Part shown: piece by piece, positions 20,125 through 29,796 of the stretch
Layout of the letters: the number at the start of each line of letters is the position of its first letter
Numbering within the stretch: position 1 is the first letter of the stretch
Origin: an uncultured Actinomycetota bacterium
GTDB lineage: Bacteria > Actinomycetota > Actinomycetes > JAHEKZ01
Direction of reading: 5' to 3'
Assembly (NCBI GenBank): GCA_963706045.1
Contig: CAVPLY010000008.1
Coordinates: 13,966-77,965, forward strand
DNA: 64,000 nucleotides
The notes under the pieces: generated by a model
Databases searched by the model: none
The model's input: the letters and a program-made list of their open reading frames with translations, nothing else
Told to the model about the DNA's origin: nothing
Made by a program: the position numbers and the translations under genes

Positions 20125-23032
20125 TCACCAACCCCGGCGCAGTGTGATCTCGAGCGCGTCGACGAAGACGTCAGCGGCTTCGAGGTCGATGCAGAGCGGT
20201 GGCTTGATCTTGAGCACGTTCATGTAGTCGCTGGTGGGCTGCACGATGACCCCCAGCTCGCGCATACGTTCGCAGATCGCCAAGGCCTCCTCGGTGGCCG
20301 GCTCCAGGGATTCCCGGTCGCGCACGAGCTCGATCCCGCGGTAGAGCCCGAGCCCGTGCACGGTGCCGATGATCGGGTACTCGGCAGCCATGGCGTTGAC
20401 GCGGTCAGCGATGTGCTGGCCGATCGCTGCCGCGTTCGCCTGTAGACCCTCGCTCTCCAGGACGTCGAGGGTTGCCAGCGCAGCCGCGCACCCCACCGGC
20501 GAGCCCCCCATCGAGCTGAAGAACGATCCTTCTTGTCTGCGTAAGGTCTCAGCGATCTCGCGGGTGGTCACGACTGCGCCCACCGGGATGCCGTTGGCTG
20601 TGCACTTGGCCATCGTCACGATGTCGGGCACGACGTCCTGCTGCTCGAAGCCCCAGAAGTAGTCGCCGAGGCGGCCGTAGCCCACCTGCACCTCATCGGC
20701 GATGCAGATGCCACCGGCAGCCCGCACCGACGCGTACGCCGCCTTCAGATATCCGTCGGGCAGCAGGACGCCACCAGCGTTCCCGTAGACCGGCTCGGCG
20801 ATGAAGCCACTCACCTGGCCCCCTGCGGCGGCGATCTCGGCCAGGGCACGGTCGACGTCGGCTGCGTACCGAGCGCCGGCGTCCGGACCTTTGAAGCGCC
20901 CGCGGTAGGGGTTCGGCGACTCGACGACGTGCACCCACGGGGGGCGGGTCTCGACGGCGCGTGGGTTGTCGTTGATGGCTGTGGTGACGTCGTCGGTACC
21001 GGTCGTCCAGCCGTGGTAGGCGCTGCGCACGGCGAGGATGTCGCGGCTGCCGGTTGCCGCGCGCATCAGGCGCAGGGCTACCTCGTTGGCCTCGCTGCCC
21101 GTACTGACGAGAAAGACGGTGTCGAGCGGCTCAGGGAGCATCGCAGAGAGGCGCTCGGAGAACTCGACCATGGATGCATAGTGGAATCGTGAGTTGGTGT
21201 TGACCAGGCGCAGCTGTCGACTGACCGCCTCTTCGACGGCCGGGTGACTGTGTCCGAGGAGCGTCACGTTGTTCACCATGTCGACGTAGCGACGGCCGTT
21301 CGTGTCGAACATGTGGTGGCGGCGGCCCCGTTCGATGCGCGGCGGGTCGTCGTAGTAGACCTCCTGAGCAGGGGCCACGACGGCGTCGCGCCGGGCGAGC
21401 AGCGTCTGATGCGTCGTCGGGGGAACGGGGGTCGATCCCCGGTGTCGCGTCGGTCGCCCACCACTGCTGCGGGTCTGCGGTGGCATGACGCCAGCCCTGC
21501 GCCGGCGGCGCCAGCATCGGCGGCCGGTGGTCAGGATCGGCGACCAGCTGCACGGTGAGCGCAGGAGCGGCGTCGTGCGCGTCCGCGACGGTTCCGAGCA
21601 CGTCGCCGGGCTCCACCTGGGCACCGAGGGAGTCGGACGGGTTGATGCCGCTGAGGTACAGCCGCCAGGTGTCGTCGACGTCGAGGCAGAGCGAGCTCTC
21701 GTCGTGGGTGATGCTGCCGGCATGAGGAGCGAGCACGTGGGTGCCGGCCGGTGCGAAGATCTCCAGGCCGGTGCTGACACCGCCGTCGCCGATGAGTCCG
21801 AGTCGGCCCTCGTTGTACTGCCCGATGCCCCACCCGTCGACCAGCTGACGGCGGACGCCGTCAGCGAGGTTCCAGGCCTCGGGCTCGAAGGTGTCGGCGG
21901 TGACGGACTGGTCCACCGACGGCGTGTCAGCGGGGACATCGATCAGGGCGGCGACGGGCGCCGGCGGTTGCGGCTGCGGCGGACTCGGCATCGCGACGGC
22001 CCTGGCAAGCTCGCCATGCGCTGCGCGCCACGGAACAGATCGCACGGCGTTCCAGATACGCCAGTCGTCCGAAACCGACCCCTGCACGTACTCGTCGTCG
22101 GGTTCGAGCCGTGCCTGGTGTTCGCTGCTCGCCACGTTGGACGCGGCACGAGCGATCACCAGCGGCCACAGAGCCGCCACCTCGTCGGCGTTCAGCGGGA
22201 ACGCCGAGTGATACCCGCGCAGCACATTGACGATGACGCCGAGCGCATCGTCGGTGTCGTGCCCGATCAACGAGCCACCGGCCACCGCCACGTCGCCCGC
22301 GAGCCAGGTGCGCAGGATGTCACCGAAGTCGATGAGCCCGTCCGGCCAGGGCTGGCCAGCGGCGTTGACGCTGGCCACGACGTTGACATCGGTGACGTCG
22401 GCATGGCAGACCGCCACGCGAAGCCGAGGTGCAAGCGCGTCGATAGCCCGCTGCGCGCGCGCCATCTGCTGCTCGATGTCAGCGCGTCCATCGGCGTCGG
22501 GGATCGATGGGCCAAACGCGGCCACGACATCGCTGGCGTGCCGCACATCCCACTGCAGCGTGCGATCCAGGCCTGGGTGGTCGAAGTCGGCGAGAGCGAC
22601 AGCGGCCGCCCCAGCCAGCCAACCCTGGCGGCGCTGCACGACAGGAGCGAGGTAGTCGAAGTCGGCCAGGGGCCGACCGTCGAGGAAGGTGACCAGCCGG
22701 ACGTCGTAGGTGGCATCGCCCTCGGTGACCTGTCCGATCAGCGCCCCATCTGCATCGGGCAGCGGAACGGGTGCGCGGAACGGCAGATCGAGCTCGGCCA
22801 GGTGCAGCATCGCGGCGTTCTGCGCCAGCAGCCCTTCGTGGCTGAAGCCGGGGTTGGAGATCTTCAGGATGAACTGGCCGCCCGCGTCATCGACCATCAC
22901 GTTCTGGTCCTGATGGCTGCCCAGACTGCGTAGCGGTCCGGAACGCCCGTACCGCTCGGCAAGGATGGTGGCCGCCCGCTCAAGGGTCAGAGCTGGGCTC
23001 GGGATCTCCATCCCGGCGAACGGGTTCGTCAA
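20125..23032 (-). pseudogene. tri-domain fusion: aminoglycoside-phosphotransferase-like kinase, M23-like domain and class III (PLP) aminotransferase; frame break at G5 run 21427-21431 (possible assembly indel)
   Basis: ORF 21131..23032 has a kinase-like N-terminus (GSHQDQNVMVDDAGGQFILKISNP, CHADVTDVNV) and an M23-like block (GLEIFAPAGTHVLAPHAG). ORF 20125..21939 has a full class III aminotransferase (STGSEANEVALRL, DEVQVGYGRLG, TMAKCTANG). The frames join at ...ATPGIDP / VPPTTHQTLLARRD. Confidence 0.8.
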
Positions 23033-23506
23033 TTGATGACCTCGTCTGTGCCGCCGATCACGTGGAGCACAGGGACCGAGAGCTGGTGGCGTAGCTTGCT
23101 CGCCCAGTCGCGGCGCAACAGGTCAGTGACCAGGTGCGGCTCGGTGATGACCCAGAGCTCGTCGGCGTCCTCGGAGGTGACACATGAGGAAGTGGCTGCG
23201 ATCGGATCCTTCGGTGTCAGGGCGCCAGTGACGGACACGCCTTTCGCGTCGAGCAGCTCGAAGGGACTCACTGAGCGCGCGCTTGGCGGCCAGCCCTTTG
23301 TCGTCCTCGTCTGTTCCGGCGAGATCGCGCTTGAGCTCGTCCATGTCGACGCGCGCGACGTCGTCCACCACCTGGTCGAAAGCCGACTGGTCAGACGTCT
23401 CGGGGACCAGCACGTGCACCTTCAGGTCGGTGTCGTGCCACTCGACGATGCGAGTGACGTCGTGCTCGGTCAGGGCATTCTCGGTCAACACGATCAGATG
23501 GCTCAT
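23029..23506 (-). pseudogene. conserved hypothetical acidic protein, apparently split by a frame break near 23263-23270
   Basis: The N-terminal part MSHLIVLTENALTEHDVTRIVEWHDTDLKVHVLVPETSDQ...AKRALSE turns into Arg-rich nonsense. A well-behaved ORF (SPFELLDAKGVSVTGALTPKDPIAAT...VLHVIGGTDEVIN) starts at the same point in another frame. Confidence 0.5.
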
Positions 23507-23520
23507 AGACACATCTTGGC

Positions 23521-24663
23521 CTACTCCGGTCGCCCTCGGCGCAGGACCTCGGCGACGTCGAACGACACCGGGCGTTCCAGCTGGTCGAAGCCGCACGATT
23601 CGGCCGTCCGGTCCGGACGCCAGCGGGCGAATCGGGGGTTGTGCCGGAACCTGTCACCCTGCAGCTGGTCGTACGCAGCCTCGACGACCAGTTCAGGGCG
23701 GAGCGGCACGAAGGTCATGTTCTTCTTGGCGTTCCAGCGGTTGACGACCCCTGGACGCCTGATCCCGGCGTCGTCTGCGGTCTCGGGGTTCCACGGGTGG
23801 CTCTCGAGGTCGGTCACGTACGGGGCGAGCTCGTCGACCAGCTCAACGCGCCTAGCAGCGGTGAACGACGAGCAAACACCGACGTGCTGCAGGCGTCCTT
23901 GGTCGTCGTGCAGACCGAGCAGCAGAGACCCGACCACCGGACCAGAGGTGTGCCACCGGTAGCCGGCCACCACGCAGTCGGCGGTGCGCTGGTGCTTGAC
24001 CTTGGTGAGGGTGCGCTTGCCGGGCGCATAGGGGTCGGCGAGTGGCTTGGCCATGACGCCGTCCATCCCGGCACCTTCGAACGTGTCGAACCAGCGACGC
24101 GCCTCGTCGGCGTCCGTCGTAGCCGGCGTGAGGAAGAACGGTTGGCTCCACCCCGCGGCTGCCCGTTCCAGTCGCGCTCGGCGTTCTTCGAACGGTGCCT
24201 GCAGGTGGTCACCGTCTGCGTCCTCGAGCAGGTCGAAGGCGACGAACCAGGCGGGTGTCTGCTCGGCGAGCAGTGTGACGCGCGAGTCGGCGGGATGGAT
24301 CCGCGCTGTCAGGCTGTCGAAACTCAGGGCGCTCGTTCCTTCGTCACCCTGTCCTGGTGCGCCCTGTCCCGGCGTGTTCTGTGCCGGTGTGCTCTGTGCC
24401 ACGACCAGCTCTCCGTCGAGCACGAGCGGCCCGGTGAGCTTCTCGGTGGCTGCCGCGACGATCTCGGGGAAGTAGCGGGTCAGTGACTCAGACCGACCGG
24501 CTACCTCGACAGTTCCGTCGCTGCCCACGAAGAGGATGCACCTGAAGCCGTCCCACTTGGGCTCGTACAGGTAGCCGGGCTCGCCGTCCCTGGCCACCGG
24601 AAACCCTTTCGACGCCTTGGCCAGCATCGGCGCCACGGGGGGAGTGAGACGGGTGCCGGTCAT
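23521..24663 (-). CDS. ligC: ATP-dependent DNA ligase (LigC-like)
   Basis: Adenylation motif I YEPKWDGFR, plus LDGELVV and an OB-fold C-terminus. First gene of a minus-strand run. Confidence 0.88.
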   Translation of the reverse strand: MTGTRLTPPVAPMLAKASKGFPVARDGEPGYLYEPKWDGFRCILFVGSDGTVEVAGRSESLTRYFPEIVAAATEKLTGPLVLDGELVVAQSTPAQNTPGQGAPGQGDEGTSALSFDSLTARIHPADSRVTLLAEQTPAWFVAFDLLEDADGDHLQAPFEERRARLERAAAGWSQPFFLTPATTDADEARRWFDTFEGAGMDGVMAKPLADPYAPGKRTLTKVKHQRTADCVVAGYRWHTSGPVVGSLLLGLHDDQGRLQHVGVCSSFTAARRVELVDELAPYVTDLESHPWNPETADDAGIRRPGVVNRWNAKKNMTFVPLRPELVVEAAYDQLQGDRFRHNPRFARWRPDRTAESCGFDQLERPVSFDVAEVLRRGRPE

Positions 24664-25412
24664 GAGGTGTCCCCTCGAGAGCGGCGGTAGTGGGTGAAGA
24701 GGGTGCTGTCGTCCTCGAGCAGTCCGACGAGCTCCAGGTTGCGAGCTGCTCCGGGGGCCCCGGTCAGCATGCGGCCGCTGTCACCACCGACCAGAATCGG
24801 CGACATCGTCGCGACTACCTCGTCGATGAGATCGTCAGTTGCCAGCGCGCCGAGCAGGCTGGGCCCGCCTTCGGTCAGGACGCGGGTCAGCCCTCGTTTA
24901 CGCAGCACCTCGAGCGCTGCCTCGAGGTCGACAGACGCATCGCCGACCACCACGACGTCCGCTACCTCGCGCAGCGGATCGATGCGCGACTCGTCTGCAC
25001 TTGCGGAGGTGATGACGATGGCGCGGGTCGAACCGCCGAAGAAGGCTGCGGCCGGGTCGAGCTTGCCGCTGGCGGTGACCAGGGCCAGCGTCGGCGCGCT
25101 GGCTTGTGACGTGACGCTCCGCAGGTGCGCAAACTCAGGCCGTGCCCGACCCGGCCCGTAGCCCTCGCTGCGAGCGGTGCCGGCGCCCACCACAATCACG
25201 TCAGCCAGTGCCCTTTGCAGGCCAAACAGAAACCAGTCGGCCTTGCCCGAGATCGGTTGGGATCGGCCGTCGAGACTGATCGCGCCATCGACCGACCCGA
25301 CCATGTTGGCGCGCACCGCGCCCGCGGCTGGGTAGGCGTAGTGCGCGGCCAGCTGGTCGACATCGGCGGGCAGGGAGATCTCGTTCACGGGGGCTGGCAG
25401 AAGACGGCGCAC
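24660..25412 (-). CDS. RibD C-terminal domain (pyrimidine reductase / DHFR-like) protein
   Basis: DGRSQPISGKADWFLF, VIVVGAGTARSEGY and RVLTEGGPSLLG motifs. ATGA overlap with ligC. Confidence 0.8.
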   Translation of the reverse strand: MRRLLPAPVNEISLPADVDQLAAHYAYPAAGAVRANMVGSVDGAISLDGRSQPISGKADWFLFGLQRALADVIVVGAGTARSEGYGPGRARPEFAHLRSVTSQASAPTLALVTASGKLDPAAAFFGGSTRAIVITSASADESRIDPLREVADVVVVGDASVDLEAALEVLRKRGLTRVLTEGGPSLLGALATDDLIDEVVATMSPILVGGDSGRMLTGAPGAARNLELVGLLEDDSTLFTHYRRSRGDTS

Positions 25413-25460
25413 CCCCTGATCGTTGCAGAGGACTGCGGCGGTGTGCTCTGCCCACGCCCG

Positions 25461-26522
25461 ATGCGCCCACGGGACGCGCCTATCCTCGCCCCTGTGCCTG
25501 CGCAGCCTCCGTCGACCGCCCAGCCTGTGCTGCGGCTCGTGGACCGAACGCCGCAGGTGAGTGCTGACGACTTGGTGGCCACGCTGGTGCCGCCGCCGCT
25601 CTTTGCCGGCGAGTCATTCGCCACCTACCAGCCGGACGCCGAGCAGCCCACCCAGGCCGCGGCTGTCGCAGCCCTTGAGGTTTTCACCGCGCGGATCGCT
25701 GCACCCGCACCCGAACGATCGTGGTGGCGGCGCGCCCCAGCGCCGCCGGAAGGCCGCGCGGGGATCTACCTCGACGGGGGGTTCGGGGTGGGCAAGACAC
25801 ATTTGTTGGCGTCGCTGTGGCATGCGGCACCGGGTCCGAAGCTCTTTGGAACCTTCGTCGAGCTGACGAACCTGGTGGGGGCCCTGGGTTTCGCTGACGC
25901 CGTTGAACGTTTGGCCAGTCACCGACTTGTCTGCATCGACGAGTTCGAGCTTGACGACCCCGGTGACACCGTCTTGATGTCGACGCTGCTGCAACGACTC
26001 ACCGAGGCGGGCGTCATGTTGGCCGCCACCTCCAACACGCTTCCCGACCGCCTGGGCGAGGAGCGCTTCGCTGCCGCCGACTTTCTCCGGGAAATCCAAG
26101 GGCTCTCGGCGCATTTCGACGTCGTCCGGGTCGAGGGTCCTGATTTTCGGCATCGCGGGGCGACTGTGGCACCCGGCCCTGCCGCTGAATGGCAGCTCGT
26201 CGAGGCCGAACGCTCGGGAGCCTCCGTCGCCAGTGATGACTTCGACGCTCTCCTTGCCCATCTGGCAACGCTGCATCCGAGCCGGTACAGCGCGCTCGTG
26301 GCGGGTATCGAGCTGGCCATCTGGAGAGGCGTGCATGCCATCAGCGACCAGGCGGTGGCGCTGCGGTTCGTGGTGCTCGTCGATCGGCTGTACGACCGCA
26401 ACGTGCGCGTCGTGGCGGGGGGAGCGTCGCTGGGTGACGTATTCACCCCTGAGATGCTGCAAGGCGGCTACCGCAAGAAGTACTACCGAGCCCTCTCCCG
26501 TCTGGTCGCTCTCGCTCGCTAG
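25461..26522 (+). CDS. zapE: cell division protein ZapE (AFG1-like ATPase)
   Basis: Walker A GIYLDGGFGVGKTHLL and Walker B LVCIDEFELDD. Start at ATG 25461 or GTG 25494. Confidence 0.85.
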   Translation: MRPRDAPILAPVPAQPPSTAQPVLRLVDRTPQVSADDLVATLVPPPLFAGESFATYQPDAEQPTQAAAVAALEVFTARIAAPAPERSWWRRAPAPPEGRAGIYLDGGFGVGKTHLLASLWHAAPGPKLFGTFVELTNLVGALGFADAVERLASHRLVCIDEFELDDPGDTVLMSTLLQRLTEAGVMLAATSNTLPDRLGEERFAAADFLREIQGLSAHFDVVRVEGPDFRHRGATVAPGPAAEWQLVEAERSGASVASDDFDALLAHLATLHPSRYSALVAGIELAIWRGVHAISDQAVALRFVVLVDRLYDRNVRVVAGGASLGDVFTPEMLQGGYRKKYYRALSRLVALAR

Positions 26523-26884
26523 ATCAGTGTGCAGACCGGCCAGCACGTCCGGTGAAGTCTTGAGCGGCAGGACGTCGGCTGGCTGAGCGCCAACACCGGC
26601 CCTTGAGGTCGTGGGGCCGGCAGTCAGGGCGAGCGTCAGATAGCCCCGGCCGGGGGGTCGTGGCAGCGGATATTTCGGACAGTCCACCAGGCATGTCTCA
26701 CGATGGGGCGTTCGACTCAATTTTGGGAACAACGACCATGTAGACCTCGAGCCATCAGACCTCGGTCGAGCCCTTGGCCGAAAATGAGCCGGAACGGGCG
26801 ATGCCATGGCGGTCATCCTGTCGACATCATGGGTACCCGGCGGTGTTGCTCGCAAGGATCGACGTCAGCCGTATCGCGAAGACT

Positions 26885-28246
26885 ATGGGAGGGCTGATGG
26901 CCAAGTTCGTGACCACTGACGAATGGGTCGAGAAGAGCAAGGCGGCTCGAGCTCGCGTGCCGCGCAAGTCGCTGGCTGAGCACGTCGTCGCCGATGACCG
27001 GCCCGATCCCGTCGAGTTGCTGTACGCGTCCGACGCGGGCCGCGATGAAGATCTGCTCCCCCTCAAGTACGAGCGGATGGGCGTCTCGGCATTCACGTTC
27101 TATCGAGGGTTCGCGGCGATGCATGCCTACGACCTCGGCCAGGGTCAGCGCACCGACCTCGACGTCCAGCTCTGCGGAGACATGCATCTGTCGAACTTCG
27201 GCGTCTACGCATCGCCTGAGCGGAACCTCGTCTTCGACGTCAACGATTTCGACGAGACGCTGCCTGGCCCCTTCGAGTGGGACCTCAAGCGGCTCGTCAC
27301 CTCGTTCGAGATCATGGGGCGCACGAGGGGATTCTCGTCGTCGGTGACGGCCGCTGCGGTCAGACAAGTCACCGAGTCGTATCGCGTCCGCATGGGCCAG
27401 CTGGTAGCGATGAACGAGGTATCGGTCTGGTACGACCGCATGGACCAGTCTGTCCTGGAGTCGATGGCCGCCACCTTCGGTGCCAAGCGGGGGCGCAAAC
27501 AGATGGATGCACGCCTGGCCAAGGCCAAGGGCAAGACTCACGCCCGTGCGGCAGCGAAGCTGACGGACGTTGTTGACGGCCGGCGTCGGTTCCGCTCCGA
27601 ACCGCCGCTGCTGCAACCGCTGGACTACTCCGCCGACGAGACGGTGCTGCTGACTGCGGTGTTCGACCAGTACCGGTCAACGCTGTCGGCCGACCGCGAT
27701 CACCTGCTCAACCGGTATCGGATCATCGACGTCGCGCGCAAAGTGGTGGGTGTCGGCAGCGTCGGTACTCGGTGCTGGGTGCTGCTCCTCGAGGGACGAA
27801 CAACCGAAGACCTCTTGTTGCTCCAGGCCAAAGAGACTGGCCGGTCGGTGCTCGAGCCGTACGCGCGAAAGAGCGCCTTCCGGCATCAAGGCCGGCGGGT
27901 GGTTGAAGGCCAACGGCTCACCCAAGCAGCGAGTGACATCTTTCTCGGGTGGGCGAACGGCGTTGACACGAGTCGGCAGTACTACGTCCGACAGCTGCAC
28001 GACATGAAGGGCGGTGTCGAGCCTGATCGAATGCCGGCAACGAGCCTGCGACCGTACGCTGAGATCTGCGGCACCGGTCTGGCCCGAGCCCACGCGCGGG
28101 CGGGTGGGGCAACGATGATCTCGACCTACCTGGGCAGCAGCGACCGCGTGGACCGAGCTTTGGCCGAGTACGCCAAGGCGTACGCCGACCAGAATGAGCG
28201 CGATTTTGCCGCCTTTTCAGCGGCCCGGGCAGGAGCGCCTTCGTAA
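26885..28246 (+). CDS. DUF2252 domain protein
   Basis: LLPLKYERMGVSAFTFYRG, GDMHLSNFG and NDFDET motifs typical of DUF2252. Confidence 0.8.
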   Translation: MGGLMAKFVTTDEWVEKSKAARARVPRKSLAEHVVADDRPDPVELLYASDAGRDEDLLPLKYERMGVSAFTFYRGFAAMHAYDLGQGQRTDLDVQLCGDMHLSNFGVYASPERNLVFDVNDFDETLPGPFEWDLKRLVTSFEIMGRTRGFSSSVTAAAVRQVTESYRVRMGQLVAMNEVSVWYDRMDQSVLESMAATFGAKRGRKQMDARLAKAKGKTHARAAAKLTDVVDGRRRFRSEPPLLQPLDYSADETVLLTAVFDQYRSTLSADRDHLLNRYRIIDVARKVVGVGSVGTRCWVLLLEGRTTEDLLLLQAKETGRSVLEPYARKSAFRHQGRRVVEGQRLTQAASDIFLGWANGVDTSRQYYVRQLHDMKGGVEPDRMPATSLRPYAEICGTGLARAHARAGGATMISTYLGSSDRVDRALAEYAKAYADQNERDFAAFSAARAGAPS

Positions 28247-28256
28247 GACGGCCTCC

Positions 28257-28724
28257 CTACAAGCCGAGGTAGGACAAGTTCGGGTGGTCATCGGGCCGAC
28301 GACCAAGCGGCCAGTGGAACAGCCGTTCGTCCCCGGTGATCGACAGGTCATTGATGCTGGCGAACCGTCGCTGCATCAGGCCGTCCGCGTTGAACTCCCA
28401 GTTCTCGTTGCCGTAGCTGCGGAACCAGTCGCCCGATTCGTTGTGCCACTCGTAGGCGAAGCGCACCGCGATGCGGTTGTCGGTGAAGGCCCACAGCTCT
28501 TTGATGAGGCGGTAGTCGAGCTCGGTGGCCCACTTACGGGTGAGAAATGCGTGCACTTGGTCACGGCCCTCGGGGAACTCCGCCCGGTTTCGCCAGGTGG
28601 TGTCGGGCGTGTAGACCTGGACAACGCGGTCGGGGTCGCGGGAGTTCCAGGCATCTTCGGCCATGCGCACCTTCTGCGCGGCGGTCGCAGCGGTGAATGG
28701 CGGGAGCGGCGGCTTGGTGTCCAT
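28257..28724 (-). CDS. DUF1348 / NTF2-like (SnoaL superfamily) protein
   Basis: [20 protein letters not shown]...[24 protein letters not shown] matches the DUF1348 pattern. Confidence 0.8.
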   Translation of the reverse strand: MDTKPPLPPFTAATAAQKVRMAEDAWNSRDPDRVVQVYTPDTTWRNRAEFPEGRDQVHAFLTRKWATELDYRLIKELWAFTDNRIAVRFAYEWHNESGDWFRSYGNENWEFNADGLMQRRFASINDLSITGDERLFHWPLGRRPDDHPNLSYLGL

Positions 28725-28869
28725 CGTGGCTCCTCTGGGATGACCTGAACCTGGCCGCGGTGTCGACCGGATGCCGTCGATTCTGCCTCTCGCCGCTACC
28801 CCGATGCCAGAGGTGCGACGATGGCGCCGGCGGGCACTCCGGCTCGCTCCTCACGTCAGGAGCTTGCTC

Positions 28870-29223
28870 ATGAGCCAGGACCCAGTCGCAACCAACCCCG
28901 ACAACTACAAGGTCATCTTTGAAAACGATCGCGTCAGGGTGCTGGAGTACCGCGATACTCCCGGGCACCGGACCACGCCTCATGACCATCCGGACAGCGT
29001 CATGTACACCCTGAGCACGTTCCGGCGCCGTCTCTACGCCGAGGATGGTCAGACCCGCGATGTCGACATCGAGTCGGGCACGACCGGTTGGCTGCCGGCT
29101 CAGCGCCATGCTGGTCACAACATCGGTGACAGTGAGACGCACGTCATCTTCGTTGAGCTGAAGGACACCCTGGGCGCTGCCGAGGACGACGCTGGGCAGG
29201 TGGGCCCGACGCTTGGTGGCTGA
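28870..29223 (+). CDS. cupin-domain protein
   Basis: ATG at 28870. NYKVIFENDRVRVLEYRDTPGHRTTPHDHPDSVMY...HAGHNIGDSETHVIFVELK is a cupin metal-site pattern. Confidence 0.7.
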   Translation: MSQDPVATNPDNYKVIFENDRVRVLEYRDTPGHRTTPHDHPDSVMYTLSTFRRRLYAEDGQTRDVDIESGTTGWLPAQRHAGHNIGDSETHVIFVELKDTLGAAEDDAGQVGPTLGG

Positions 29224-29226
29224 AGC

Positions 29227-29392
29227 GGACCACCGCTGTCGCCCAGATTCCCGGTGAGCTCTAGTCATTCTGGGTCGGTGCGAACGGAGGAATACTCCAC
29301 GGCACGTCACCCATTCGGCAGCGGAACGTTCACTCTCTGAGACCGATACCTCTGATGCGAGGCTGTTGGAGCGTCGCCCTGGGAGGTGGAAG
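29227..29392 (+). promoter_or_regulatory. conserved upstream region / putative 5' leader of peptide cassette 1
   Basis: About 165 nt that aligns block by block with 29797..29961 (ggaccac, gatt(t)ccc, ctagtcatt, gtcgg, aacgga, cgtcaccc.ttcg.cagcgga, gggaggtg-RBS). Confidence 0.55.
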
Positions 29393-29503
29393 ATGAAGAA
29401 CGTCAAGGCACAGGTAGTCGTCTCGGTGCTCGGGAGTACCGCCACGATCCTCACGCTGGTGTCGGTCGTTGGTGCCGGTACCAAGTGGCAGCTCGGTCTG
29501 TAA
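29393..29503 (+). CDS. small hydrophobic cationic peptide, type A (36 aa): MKNVKAQVVVSVLGSTATILTLVSVVGAGTKWQLGL
   Basis: GGGAGG RBS 7 nt upstream of the ATG. Four paralogs nearby differ mainly at synonymous sites. Confidence 0.7.
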   Translation: MKNVKAQVVVSVLGSTATILTLVSVVGAGTKWQLGL

Positions 29504-29514
29504 GGGGAGGCGAC

Positions 29515-29619
29515 GTGAAGAACATCAAGGCTCAGGTGGTCGTCTCGGTGCTCGGGAGTACCGCCACGATCCTCACGCTGGTGTCGGTCGTTGGTGCCGG
29601 TACCAAGTGGCAGCAGTAG
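29515..29619 (+). CDS. small hydrophobic cationic peptide, type A (34 aa): MKNIKAQVVVSVLGSTATILTLVSVVGAGTKWQQ
   Basis: GTG start with an AGGGGAGG RBS, 11 nt after the previous stop. Near-identical to peptide 1. Confidence 0.7.
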   Translation: MKNIKAQVVVSVLGSTATILTLVSVVGAGTKWQQ

Positions 29620-29627
29620 GAGGCGAC

Positions 29628-29732
29628 ATGGAAAACGTCAAGGCTCAGGTGATCGTCTCGGTGCTCGGCAGCGCCGCCACGATCCTCACGCTGGCATCGG
29701 TGATCGGTGCCGGCAAGAAGTGGGCTCACTAA
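29628..29732 (+). CDS. small hydrophobic cationic peptide, type B (34 aa): MENVKAQVIVSVLGSAATILTLASVIGAGKKWAH
   Basis: ATG with a GGAGG RBS, 8 nt after the previous stop. Its C-terminus GAGKKWAH is shared with the peptide at 30074. Confidence 0.7.
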   Translation: MENVKAQVIVSVLGSAATILTLASVIGAGKKWAH

Positions 29733-29751
29733 GTCACAACTGTTGTGGTGA

Positions 29752-29787
29752 TTCGCGCCAGTCCCCGCCCAACGGGGCTGGCGCGAA
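29752..29787 (+). terminator. strong GC hairpin closing cassette 1
   Basis: ttcgcgccag-t-ccccg / cccaa loop / cgggg-ctggcgcgaa: a 15-bp stem with one bulge, 20 nt after the stop. Confidence 0.65.
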
Positions 29788-29796
29788 CGCATGTTC

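Noticed and set aside
25614-26855. 413-aa minus-strand ORF antisense to zapE and the following intergenic region
   Set aside because: It overlaps the ZapE gene, which has Walker motifs. The translation is low-complexity and Arg-rich.
26523-26884. 360-nt intergenic region after zapE with two GC hairpins, considered as an sRNA or riboswitch
   Set aside because: The hairpins (ccggccc...gggccgg and ccccggccgggg) look like ordinary terminators for zapE. I could not recognise any conserved riboswitch core.
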